In this document: positions 1 through 9,198 of the stretch, piece after piece
Layout of the letters: each line of letters starts with the position of its first letter
Position numbering within the stretch: position 1 is the first letter of the stretch
IMG/VR virus record: IMGVR_UViG_3300042514_000542
Location: 124,001 to 188,000 of that record
Reading direction: 5' to 3' (one strand)
Length of the DNA: 64,000 nt
Notes under the pieces: model-generated
What the model was told of the DNA's origin: nothing
Database searches by the model: none
The model's input: the letters and a program-made list of their open reading frames with translations, nothing else
Position numbers and translations under genes: made by a program

Positions 1-433
1 TTGGTGGTGGAAACGAGTAGTCATTAGTTTTCCAATCAAATATCAAACCACCAACACCATACTTATCTTTCGCACCTTTAAAAATTATAGGAGATAAAAA
101 TTTCAAAGCTGTCTCTTCCAAACTTTTTGCGTAACCCACTTCTGGTTCTTTTTTTGGAATTTCTCTACCCAATAATTCACTAATAGCTATTCCTTTCACT
201 GCCACGATACCAAATCCATCATCAGCTACTATATAATTAGCATTATGACCTATTTCACCATTTAATCCTACCCAATAATCAATAAACTTTTTAGCTTGTT
301 CTCTTGCGGTTGGACCACTATAAGTTTCAACCGTATCATCAGAATCCCCGCTATGATTTCTATAAGTAACCGTAATTTGTTCAGGTTTACTTAATTCTTG
401 ATTGTTTTCAAAAAATGTTTTAAATGTTATCAT
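1..433 (-). CDS. Hypothetical virion-internal protein with capsid-targeting-like N-terminus (partial, runs off window)
   Basis: Not in ORF track. Manual translation from ATG 433 gives MITFKTFFENNQELSKPEQ..., open to the window edge; TAAATA at 440-445, 6 nt upstream. Confidence 0.75.
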   Translation of the reverse strand, partial: MITFKTFFENNQELSKPEQITVTYRNHSGDSDDTVETYSGPTAREQAKKFIDYWVGLNGEIGHNANYIVADDGFGIVAVKGIAISELLGREIPKKEPEVGYAKSLEETALKFLSPIIFKGAKDKYGVGGLIFDWKTNDYSFPPP

Positions 434-442
434 TGCTGTTAT

Positions 443-2227
443 TTATCCAAATAGTCTCTCATATGCTCCCCACTGTTCATCCGTGAATGTTCTACTAGGA
501 TCTACGTGTGGCATACTACCACCAAGAAGATGCCAACCATCGGCTTGAAGTTGTGATATTTCATTCATTTGTTCAGTTTGTCCACCAAAAGCTATCGGTG
601 CTAGTCTCGATTGCTCAATTCTATGAACCTGTTCATTGGTATATATACTAGTAGCACTTTCGAAATACTGAATACCATAATCCAAGGGTGATATTTTGGA
701 TGGTTTACCACAGTTATCAAACTCTTCAATAGTGAACCATCTTTCACATAAATCTTTATCTAGAATCATCAATGCCCAAATCGTAGCCATGGTTCTGTCA
801 TCATGCTTACCGGAAACCGCACCCCAAGTATCATTTGGCAGTTTTACAAAGTCTTTAAAGATTTCCTCAAGGGATTGATCATTTCTAAAAACAACAACAC
901 CCCTATCGCTATAATAATAGCGAGCATTGGCACACGCATAGTATTTGGTGTTTCTGCTTGATATCATACCAAATAATTCCAAACTCTTTCTTCCAGCCAG
1001 TTTGGAACCCCAGTTAACTATCTTAGGGTATCCATAATCCATACCTAATCTATCAGCAACTTGACCACCTTGGTTATTTCTCTCAATACATACCAATGGA
1101 TTTCCCCAATGTTGTAATATCTCATATAACTTGTTGGAGAATTCTGCTACTGGAATTGTATTATCATAATATTCACCAACTTCAATGATTTCATTGAGAT
1201 CTGTAATATCTAATATCTTAATAACTGAATAGTCACCCCCAACACCCTCGGATACATCAACACCAGCGACATATAACTTATCTGGACTTGGTAATTCCCA
1301 TATCTTATACTTACCATCCATTAAAATCTCTACTGGTTCTCTAACTTCCTTTAATAAATTCTTATATAAAGTTTCATTTAAAGATGATGTTCCTGTATTA
1401 ATGAAAACACATTCATATTCCTGTTGCCACTTTTCTTCAGATGCAAGACCACTTTTAATTTTATCAGCCCATGTCTGGGTTCTACCTGGTACTTCATTCC
1501 ATAAAATTTTATCATGAACCCACCCATTCTTACCTTCCACTGCACCTGAATATAATGTATGGAAAAGATTACCCGTACCATTAGCAGTAGAACAAATGAA
1601 AACTTTTGATGTATTGGATGCTGAAACGATGGGGAATACAGATGCCCAGAATGGGTCCATTAAATGTTCTTCGATGAAAGCACACTCATCAATAACCAGT
1701 ATAGATACTGCCTGACCACGGGCAGCAGTTCCAGTTGTTGTTGAAATCTGAATTCTACTTCCATTTTCTAAATCCATTCCCGTCTTACCATAAGTTTCAG
1801 CGATTGGGGATTTTAACCAGTTTGGCATTAATTCATACGCCATTCTAATTCTACCAAAAATTTCAATAGCGGTTGCCTCTTTGTTAGCTACTAGAAGAAT
1901 ACGCTCATCGTTGAAGAATAATGCAACCCATAATAGATAGATTGTCATAAGGGTGGATTTACCGATCTGACGACTTGCTAAAAGAATAAAGAATCTATCA
2001 TTTCTCATCTTCTTCAAAATTCTCTTTTGAGCCTTATAAAGTTTAATTGTCTCTTTACCTTTACCGGGAATAAGAATGAAGAAATAATTTTCAGCGAAAT
2101 ATAAAATATCATTTTTACACTTCTCCATTTCCTTAACCATCTCAGGTGTGTATTCAAATTCAGCACCTCTAGCTGGGACATTTGGATTTCCCATGTAAAA
2201 TTTATCCTTTTTATCTCTATTTGCCAT
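443..2227 (-). CDS. 17: Terminase large subunit (T4 gp17-like)
   Basis: ASRQIGKS Walker A, ILVIDECAF Walker B, STANG, GVDVSEG and HDD nuclease motifs; start moved to ATG 2227 (MANRD), 8 nt after TAAATA. Confidence 0.95.
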   Translation of the reverse strand: MANRDKKDKFYMGNPNVPARGAEFEYTPEMVKEMEKCKNDILYFAENYFFILIPGKGKETIKLYKAQKRILKKMRNDRFFILLASRQIGKSTLMTIYLLWVALFFNDERILLVANKEATAIEIFGRIRMAYELMPNWLKSPIAETYGKTGMDLENGSRIQISTTTGTAARGQAVSILVIDECAFIEEHLMDPFWASVFPIVSASNTSKVFICSTANGTGNLFHTLYSGAVEGKNGWVHDKILWNEVPGRTQTWADKIKSGLASEEKWQQEYECVFINTGTSSLNETLYKNLLKEVREPVEILMDGKYKIWELPSPDKLYVAGVDVSEGVGGDYSVIKILDITDLNEIIEVGEYYDNTIPVAEFSNKLYEILQHWGNPLVCIERNNQGGQVADRLGMDYGYPKIVNWGSKLAGRKSLELFGMISSRNTKYYACANARYYYSDRGVVVFRNDQSLEEIFKDFVKLPNDTWGAVSGKHDDRTMATIWALMILDKDLCERWFTIEEFDNCGKPSKISPLDYGIQYFESATSIYTNEQVHRIEQSRLAPIAFGGQTEQMNEISQLQADGWHLLGGSMPHVDPSRTFTDEQWGAYERLFG

Positions 2228-2235
2228 ATCATATA

Positions 2236-2250
2236 TATTTACACTAAATA
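2236..2250. promoter_or_regulatory. Back-to-back divergent late promoters TATTTA-cac-TAAATA
   Basis: TAAATA on each strand, 8 and 7 nt before the ATGs at 2227 (-) and 2258 (+). Confidence 0.8.
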
Positions 2251-2257
2251 ACTGTAT

Positions 2258-3181
2258 ATGAGACACAACGATGCCGTAACTATTGGTGATATGTATGGGA
2301 AAATGTTAAATCCCTTGAGATATACACTAAAGGAATCAAATAAGAATGCATTTGGTAATCAACCAGAAATCGTTGGGGATGGTCCAAAAACCGATGGGTA
2401 TAATGAGGCACTTAATGATGAGATGCCCAAACCCACAAAACGTCAAGCTATTGTTAAAAAATTAGATTCTAAACTTAAAGATAGTAAATTGACTGATGCC
2501 CAAAAGAAAAAAATTAGAAAACATAGAGATGCAATGACTGCGGAAGAAGCAGAAGAGGAATTATTTGTTAAAGAAAATAGAAAAAATATTCGTGTAATGG
2601 TAAATAATAACATGAGCAAATCAGTGTTCGACAAACTATACAATAAAGTCCTTAAGGAAAACTTCGGCCAAGAAGATCAAGATATTGATGCCCTTGGGTT
2701 AGATGACTCAACACCAGACTCCGATTTTGGAGATGATTTTGGTGATGATGAATTTGGAGATGAAGGTGGAGACGAGGTTACATTCACACTTCCAAAAGAT
2801 GTAGCACAACAATTAATCGACGTTCTACAAGCATCCATTGGTGGTGAAGAAGAAGGTTTCGATGATGAAGGTGATGATCTAGATTTCGGTGACGAAGGTG
2901 GAGATGATGATCTAGATTTCGGTGGAGATGATGATGGAATGGACTTTGATGAAGATGAAGAAACTCAAGGAACCAAACCTGCTGTCGATAAAAAGAAAGC
3001 ATTCCAAGGAAAATCTAATAAGGTTTCTGGACCACCATCCCCAAAGAGTGGTAAGGCCAAGACTGATGTGACCGACGAATGTGGAACCAAAGATGGTGCG
3101 CCAAGCTTCTCAGCACTACAAGGTAAGAACAACCAAGTTCCCGGTTCAACCCTAAAGAAAGCTACTGATTACTTCCGTTAA
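2258..3181 (+). CDS. Acidic prohead core/scaffold-like protein, with probable second in-frame start at 2612
   Basis: D/E/G/F-rich low complexity (DDLDFG repeats), LKE/VKE sites, adjacent to terminase. Confidence 0.55.
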   Translation: MRHNDAVTIGDMYGKMLNPLRYTLKESNKNAFGNQPEIVGDGPKTDGYNEALNDEMPKPTKRQAIVKKLDSKLKDSKLTDAQKKKIRKHRDAMTAEEAEEELFVKENRKNIRVMVNNNMSKSVFDKLYNKVLKENFGQEDQDIDALGLDDSTPDSDFGDDFGDDEFGDEGGDEVTFTLPKDVAQQLIDVLQASIGGEEEGFDDEGDDLDFGDEGGDDDLDFGGDDDGMDFDEDEETQGTKPAVDKKKAFQGKSNKVSGPPSPKSGKAKTDVTDECGTKDGAPSFSALQGKNNQVPGSTLKKATDYFR

Positions 3182-3206
3182 TCTTAGTTAATAAATAATC
3201 AACCAA

Positions 3207-3237
3207 CAAAAGCCTATCCTAATCGATAGGCTTTTTT
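3207..3237 (+). terminator. Intrinsic terminator
   Basis: aaaa-gcctatc-ctaatc-gataggc-tttttt hairpin with T-tract after stop 3181. Confidence 0.85.
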
Positions 3238-3250
3238 GTTAAATAGTATT

Positions 3251-4063
3251 ATGATACCCTTCAAACAGTTTTTCTTAGAGAATTTCACCAACTCGATAGA
3301 TAATGAATACTTTGAAGCAATCCATAATGATGACTTATCCAAAGTTCAGAATATGGTAGATATAAAAGCCAAAAATATGGGGTATAATGTTAAAGCTTGG
3401 CATGGGACACCTATTGGAGAGTTCGACACCTTTAAATTGAGTAAATCCTTCGGATCTTTATATTTTTTTGCTAAGACCGAAGAATACGCAAAGTATTACG
3501 CCAATAGATTTAAAGGATCACCTAACCCGACAGTTATGGGAGTTTTTTTAAAAATCGAAAATCCGTTAAAGGTTGATAAATTTGAACCAGAGGGTGTTAA
3601 AACGGCATATGAGTTAAGGAAAAAAGGATACGATTCGGTAGAGACACCTAATGCATATATAGTATTTCTACCAGATCAAATAAAATCTGCAAACCCAATC
3701 ACCAAAAAGGGTGATAAAATCATCCCACTATCTAAAAGGTTTAATGTAGAATCTAATCTACTGTCTGAATATCGTCACAATCTTGCTGATGGAACACCAT
3801 CACAATCTATTCAAGCGCATAATGGTAAAGATCCCAACCGTCTAGATAAAAAGATTCTACACACTGTAGGTGATTATAAGAAAGAGAATCCTAAGATGAA
3901 TATTCCGGGTAGTGTTCTAACACCAATGGAATTAGCCGATATGGGAATCACATACGAACATGGTAAAATTTTTCAAAATGTTAAGAATAGTGGATTCGGA
4001 ATTGAGATGACCTCTATTAATGGCAAACCAATGGGTCGAGTATTCAAGTCTCGTATTAAATAA
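3251..4063 (+). CDS. Capsid-targeted protein with ADP-ribosyltransferase-like (ART-PolyVal type) domain
   Basis: MIPFKQFFLE N-terminus; AWHGT...LYFF...VFLKIENPL...KGYDSV...YIVFLPDQIKS pattern; TAAATA 5 nt before ATG 3251. Confidence 0.6.
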   Translation: MIPFKQFFLENFTNSIDNEYFEAIHNDDLSKVQNMVDIKAKNMGYNVKAWHGTPIGEFDTFKLSKSFGSLYFFAKTEEYAKYYANRFKGSPNPTVMGVFLKIENPLKVDKFEPEGVKTAYELRKKGYDSVETPNAYIVFLPDQIKSANPITKKGDKIIPLSKRFNVESNLLSEYRHNLADGTPSQSIQAHNGKDPNRLDKKILHTVGDYKKENPKMNIPGSVLTPMELADMGITYEHGKIFQNVKNSGFGIEMTSINGKPMGRVFKSRIK

Positions 4064-4068
4064 CTTAT

Positions 4069-4851
4069 ATGGCTTGCCCAACAACACCACTCTCCTGCTT
4101 AGAACCTGTTAATATATTCGCAGGTGTTTATAATCCTCGTTGCGGTGGATTTGCAGACCCCTCAAACTTTCAAGCTGAAAAGGCTGTATTTGCTAGTGGA
4201 TATCAGGAATTGATTAATAACTATGGTGTGGATGTTAATTATTATGTGAATGGGTTTAATTTATCTGCAATGAACCTATTGTATGGTGAACAGCCAACAC
4301 AAGAATATGCTGGACCATTTGTTATTAAGTCTTATCTAGAATTGGAAGAAATGGTATCCTTATCACAGTTCGGTATGTCATCAGACGACGAATTGAAAGC
4401 TTATATAGCTATTAAAGATTTCACAAATTTATTCGCACTGTCTGCTAACGTTTTTTCCAATAATGGTCAAAGAGTCGAACCTAAATCTGATGATTTGATG
4501 GAAATTACAGCACTTGGTTGTGATAGACCCGGAGATAGAGGTTCTAAGATATTTCGAATAACTGAAGTATTAGATCAAAGTGTTCAGGATGGAATTAATC
4601 CAATTATGGGTCATTATATCTGGAAAATCACAGCGAAACGCTATGAGACATCTATGGAAACCAATGCGCCACAAGAATCTGGCAATGATCAGGTGTATGA
4701 TAATACATTCAGTGGTAAATTATCATCTACACTATTCCCAACACTAACTAGCGATGAGAAGGTGTATGATTTCAATATTGATACCATAAGTCAAGAGACT
4801 GTGTATGATATGGATAATACATCAAATAACATCTACGGAGACTATTATTAA
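4069..4851 (+). CDS. 14: Neck/head-closure protein (T4 gp14-like)
   Basis: ELINNYGVDVNYY, LYGE, LSQFGM..DEL, EPKSDDL, IFRITEV, YIWKITAKRYE pattern. Confidence 0.75.
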   Translation: MACPTTPLSCLEPVNIFAGVYNPRCGGFADPSNFQAEKAVFASGYQELINNYGVDVNYYVNGFNLSAMNLLYGEQPTQEYAGPFVIKSYLELEEMVSLSQFGMSSDDELKAYIAIKDFTNLFALSANVFSNNGQRVEPKSDDLMEITALGCDRPGDRGSKIFRITEVLDQSVQDGINPIMGHYIWKITAKRYETSMETNAPQESGNDQVYDNTFSGKLSSTLFPTLTSDEKVYDFNIDTISQETVYDMDNTSNNIYGDYY

Positions 4852-6887
4852 ATCATAGATAATGATTGATATAAGGTATCCAAAATGATATGTTCAAACA
4901 CCCCATTCGTATTGAATAGTGTGGAACTCGTTGAAGATGATAGAATTGATGTTTTTGTGTTATTGAAGTCAACAATACCACCAATTGGAGTATTGTCATA
5001 TACATCGACATAATCAAAGAATAGATAGTATTTTTCAATATCGGAGAAATTAAAAGTTGTGGGTAGGATCAAAGCCCAACCCCAATCAGACGAGTATGTT
5101 GAGAGAGGATATGTATGACTACCCAAAGCTGATACTGGTTGATATGTATTAAGTAATGAATATGTATTACTAAATTTCTCAAGCGCAACAATCGGTCTAT
5201 TGGAACTAACCGTATATGTCACTGTGTCGATCACATTCCCAATATTTACCCCAAATTTATCTTTAGTTGTTCTTCCACGAACGTCAAAATTCTCCCTAAA
5301 TTTATTAAGTTCTCCTATGAGTTTTGATCTATCCATCGACATTAAACCCATTATACGTTTGATTTTATTTGGATATACATAATTCTCTTCTCCATAATTA
5401 TTATAACCAATAGATTCCGCTAGAGAATTTAAAAAATCAATCTCAGAATAATCTAAGTCTTGAGTATTATTAACCATATTTGCAATCTTCTCATACATTT
5501 GCACACCAATAGCATCGTGGTCAGAGTTTTCATCCCCAAATATATCCTTAAAGAACGTCTCAAACAGAACAGTCTTATCCTGAAGAGTTTCTTGAAATCT
5601 TAGATCCATAAGAGTTTGAGTGGGATTAAAATCTTCATTAATCTTCCATAAATCGTAATAATTTTTATTATATACATTGAATTCCGTAGAAATACCACTC
5701 AATGTGTAAGAGGATAATTGATCATTTACGAGTGTCGATGAAACTAGAAGTTGAATTGTTTCCAGTTTATCGAAATTCGTATATGGGAATGTAATATAAC
5801 CCCTAAATGCACCGCCATGGTTCTGTGCAGAGAGAGTATAATTAATAGATGATATACTATATTGAGTGGGATCTAGGATATTTCCTGATGATAAAATAGT
5901 AAAAACTATATCAGACTTTTCAACCGGATTAAAGTTTTTAATTGTGAAGTTATATTGATCCTTAACTTTAACAACAAATGGTATCCTAGTATTGAAGAAT
6001 TTAATAGGATTAATATCAAAAGATGTTATATGTGTTCCGTCACCATCCAAACCATTGGATGTTACTGAAAGATATGCTGGAATGTTGTCAACAATATTTG
6101 CAGATAGGGAAATTTTAAGAAGATTCTGATAATTTGTCGTAGTTGCGTTTTTGATTGCTACATTAGACTTATCGAACCAAGTATCTATAACTACTAAATC
6201 GGATATAGAATCATCTTTATAGTATACATCCTTAGTTCCCGACATCCCAACAAAACATGAACCTGAATCATTATCAGAACAATACTCGATTGTATTATTA
6301 ACCACCCTAGCGTAAATAGAAACCTTTGATGGGACTATCTTATCAATTTCAACATATTGATATGCAGAAATGGAATAATTGTATGTTTTTTCATAAAATG
6401 TATGAAAATTCTCAAGATGTTTAAATTTAAAATTCAAGTTCCAATAATTATCGCTATTATTTCCAATTGATGAATAAAATATATTAGTGTGTTGTTGATA
6501 TGGTGGATAGAAACAATCAATAGTCCACGGTCCATATATCTCACCACACTTAATTTCCGACCCGGTTAAAGTTATAGTGTGGGTAAATGTTATAAAGTCG
6601 TATATCGAAACACTTTTAACGACCGTTGATATCATTGCGTTGTTGTTACAGTCATAAACTATAAGAGATACATTGTATATACCCGGATACTCATAATATT
6701 TTGTGGCTGATATCGAAGTTGATGTCGTACCATCACCAAAATCCCAGACCACCCTACGATGTCTATCTAATTCATTTGAATCTGATATAAATATCATTGG
6801 TGTTATGGGTAACGCAAATGATGAGAGCGCATCCACACCTTTATAATCAATAGAACTGAATCCTATATATGTTGTTGTATTATTCAT
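4848..6887 (-). CDS. PKD-domain baseplate/structural protein
   Basis: WDFGDGTTS...YEYPGIYNVSL PKD motif; coupled to gp6-like gene. Confidence 0.7.
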   Translation of the reverse strand: MNNTTTYIGFSSIDYKGVDALSSFALPITPMIFISDSNELDRHRRVVWDFGDGTTSTSISATKYYEYPGIYNVSLIVYDCNNNAMISTVVKSVSIYDFITFTHTITLTGSEIKCGEIYGPWTIDCFYPPYQQHTNIFYSSIGNNSDNYWNLNFKFKHLENFHTFYEKTYNYSISAYQYVEIDKIVPSKVSIYARVVNNTIEYCSDNDSGSCFVGMSGTKDVYYKDDSISDLVVIDTWFDKSNVAIKNATTTNYQNLLKISLSANIVDNIPAYLSVTSNGLDGDGTHITSFDINPIKFFNTRIPFVVKVKDQYNFTIKNFNPVEKSDIVFTILSSGNILDPTQYSISSINYTLSAQNHGGAFRGYITFPYTNFDKLETIQLLVSSTLVNDQLSSYTLSGISTEFNVYNKNYYDLWKINEDFNPTQTLMDLRFQETLQDKTVLFETFFKDIFGDENSDHDAIGVQMYEKIANMVNNTQDLDYSEIDFLNSLAESIGYNNYGEENYVYPNKIKRIMGLMSMDRSKLIGELNKFRENFDVRGRTTKDKFGVNIGNVIDTVTYTVSSNRPIVALEKFSNTYSLLNTYQPVSALGSHTYPLSTYSSDWGWALILPTTFNFSDIEKYYLFFDYVDVYDNTPIGGIVDFNNTKTSILSSSTSSTLFNTNGVFEHIILDTLYQSLSMI

Positions 6888-8694
6888 CTATAACGTCGAT
6901 TCGGTTTGCCATAGAATTTGGCCTATATAAATATGGAAATTTAAAAAATGGAAGGGTGGTTGTTTGGTTGATGAATTCCTCATCAACACCTTCAAATAAT
7001 GGTGTCCAAGCGATGAATGACAATCCATTGAATGACACATTCTGAGATGAATTGACGGTTCTAATACCCTTCACTCCACGTATACTTAAAATTTGTGAGG
7101 TGATGTCTGACATGTCAATCTTTTGACCCAATTTTATATTAGAATTTGAAAAATATTCGGTTAACACAGATAACACCCTAGTTTTCAAATTCTCTGCATT
7201 TAATTTCTCATTCTTCTCTCTAATTATAACAAGTCTAGTATCCAGATATACATTTTTTGATGGATCGGTATTACCAAATCCAAAATCCAATGCGACATAA
7301 ATAGGATCTCTAGGTACGACTTCATTACTAATAATCTTCTTATCATTAGTAATAGTCTTAATTAGAGTTTTAAAATTATCACTAAGGTAATCGGGGTGGT
7401 CGCCATCCGTAGTTAATTCAAAAGTCGGAACACAAAAAACATTAATATTATTAAAATCACATGAATCTGCGAAATTCACCTGATTTAGAATCACTCTATT
7501 CACCTTATTAGGATCTACACATATTTTATAAAAGTAGTCGATATATTCAGATATAAAGGTATTATTATCAACCACTTTAACATCGGATAAAATGTTCGGG
7601 ATTGTTTTCTTGAGATATTTTTCGTAATCCGATTCTGTCACCAATCTCAATTGTGAAGCAAGAAATATGGGAGCATTTTCCCTTATTTGTTCAACATTCT
7701 CCGCATCGTGTATGAGTGTCGAATTCGAGGGATTACTGAATGTTAGGTATGTACCTTCAATATCTGTCAATTGGGATTCATATATATTTGTGGAAATATC
7801 ATCATATATTTCGTTAAATCTCAAACTATTGTAAGTGAAAAGTTTATTACCATTTATAGCATTTTTAGATATCTGCCCCCTTTGTCCATCACTTAGGATA
7901 TAGAATACTGCGACCTGATAACCAGACTGTAGACTCTTACCAAATATACCATTACCAAATTTAACTTCATAATGACCATTTTCATTTAATCTAAGATCAA
8001 ATACTCTATCTAGAGGTGACGATAAAAATAAGCTATCGACCTCTTCATATTCAAACCAAGTATCAGTATCCGACTCTTTAACATATACTGATATTGAGCC
8101 ATGTGATATAAATCGAGTATCCGTTGTGGATACTATATTATCTACAACAATAGTGAAATTTTCATATTCAAGACCTTCCGCCACATAAATCGGATATTCA
8201 CCCACGACCCCTTGATATAAGGATACATTTTTATTGATACTTTCGATAGATTCGACACCACTTGTCGTTTTTTCGAAAGATTCATTACTTGGAAATGTGT
8301 ATTGAATATTATCAATTAAGAAATAGCTATATTTTCTGATTAGGTAATTACCAACACTCAAATTGGAATTAGCCACACAATTTATAGGAACTAGAGATGT
8401 CTGTTTACCTGTAGGTTTATATCCTATAAGCTTAACAATCTTATTCATGTTCTCATATATAGTAGCCTGAGAAAACATTGTTTCAGACGATGTTTGGTTC
8501 AAATAGAACATTAAAACATGTGTGTAATAAGCCAATATATCCATGATACTGGATATATTGCTACCTTCATAATTTTGATCGGTAAACGTCCCACCTTTGT
8601 TTAATTGATCAATCATGAATGATTTCAATGATTGAGCATCAAAGTTTAAATATGCATTTTGCGGGAGGTTGAACTCTAGATTTTGATTATCCAC
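6880..8694 (-). CDS. 6: Baseplate wedge subunit (T4 gp6-like)
   Basis: FTDQNYEGSNISSIMDILAYYTH, IGYKP, YEVKFGNGIFGK, QLRLVTESDY; GTG start. Confidence 0.9.
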   Translation of the reverse strand: MDNQNLEFNLPQNAYLNFDAQSLKSFMIDQLNKGGTFTDQNYEGSNISSIMDILAYYTHVLMFYLNQTSSETMFSQATIYENMNKIVKLIGYKPTGKQTSLVPINCVANSNLSVGNYLIRKYSYFLIDNIQYTFPSNESFEKTTSGVESIESINKNVSLYQGVVGEYPIYVAEGLEYENFTIVVDNIVSTTDTRFISHGSISVYVKESDTDTWFEYEEVDSLFLSSPLDRVFDLRLNENGHYEVKFGNGIFGKSLQSGYQVAVFYILSDGQRGQISKNAINGNKLFTYNSLRFNEIYDDISTNIYESQLTDIEGTYLTFSNPSNSTLIHDAENVEQIRENAPIFLASQLRLVTESDYEKYLKKTIPNILSDVKVVDNNTFISEYIDYFYKICVDPNKVNRVILNQVNFADSCDFNNINVFCVPTFELTTDGDHPDYLSDNFKTLIKTITNDKKIISNEVVPRDPIYVALDFGFGNTDPSKNVYLDTRLVIIREKNEKLNAENLKTRVLSVLTEYFSNSNIKLGQKIDMSDITSQILSIRGVKGIRTVNSSQNVSFNGLSFIAWTPLFEGVDEEFINQTTTLPFFKFPYLYRPNSMANRIDVIDE

Positions 8695-8707
8695 TATACT
8701 ATTTATG

Positions 8708-9193
8708 TTAAAGTATAGAGTATCCCGTAGAATTTAATTGAGATTTTATAGACACGCCATATATACCCAAAGATGGAACATTTATTTGCATATTAATGAA
8801 TATGGTATTTATATCTTCATCACCTGAAACCTCAACATCTACAAGTTCAATCCTTGGCTCAGATCTAGGCAATTTACTCTCAATATCATCTTTTATAATA
8901 TCTAAAGTGAAATCATCTAATGGTTCAAATAAATATTGTCTCAAATCAACACCATAAGTGGGAGATAGTATTTTATCTCCCGGTGTCGTTAGAAATGCCG
9001 TAGCGATACTATTTTTAACTGCCTCTATGTCATATATCGCAGCGACATCATTAAGGGATTCCTTTTTGTTTAATTGGGAATTGAAATATACAGAACTCTC
9101 TAAGTCCAAAGATAAATCTTTATATAGATAATTTTTATCTAAGCTTTTCTTAGATATCTCTGGAACCTTTAATGTCTTGATCTTAATATTCAC
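8708..9193 (-). CDS. 25: Baseplate wedge protein (T4 gp25-like)
   Basis: YKDLSLD, AVKNSI...TTPGDK..PTYGVDLRQYLFEP, EPRI. Confidence 0.9.
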   Translation of the reverse strand: MNIKIKTLKVPEISKKSLDKNYLYKDLSLDLESSVYFNSQLNKKESLNDVAAIYDIEAVKNSIATAFLTTPGDKILSPTYGVDLRQYLFEPLDDFTLDIIKDDIESKLPRSEPRIELVDVEVSGDEDINTIFINMQINVPSLGIYGVSIKSQLNSTGYSIL

Positions 9194-9198
9194 TACTA

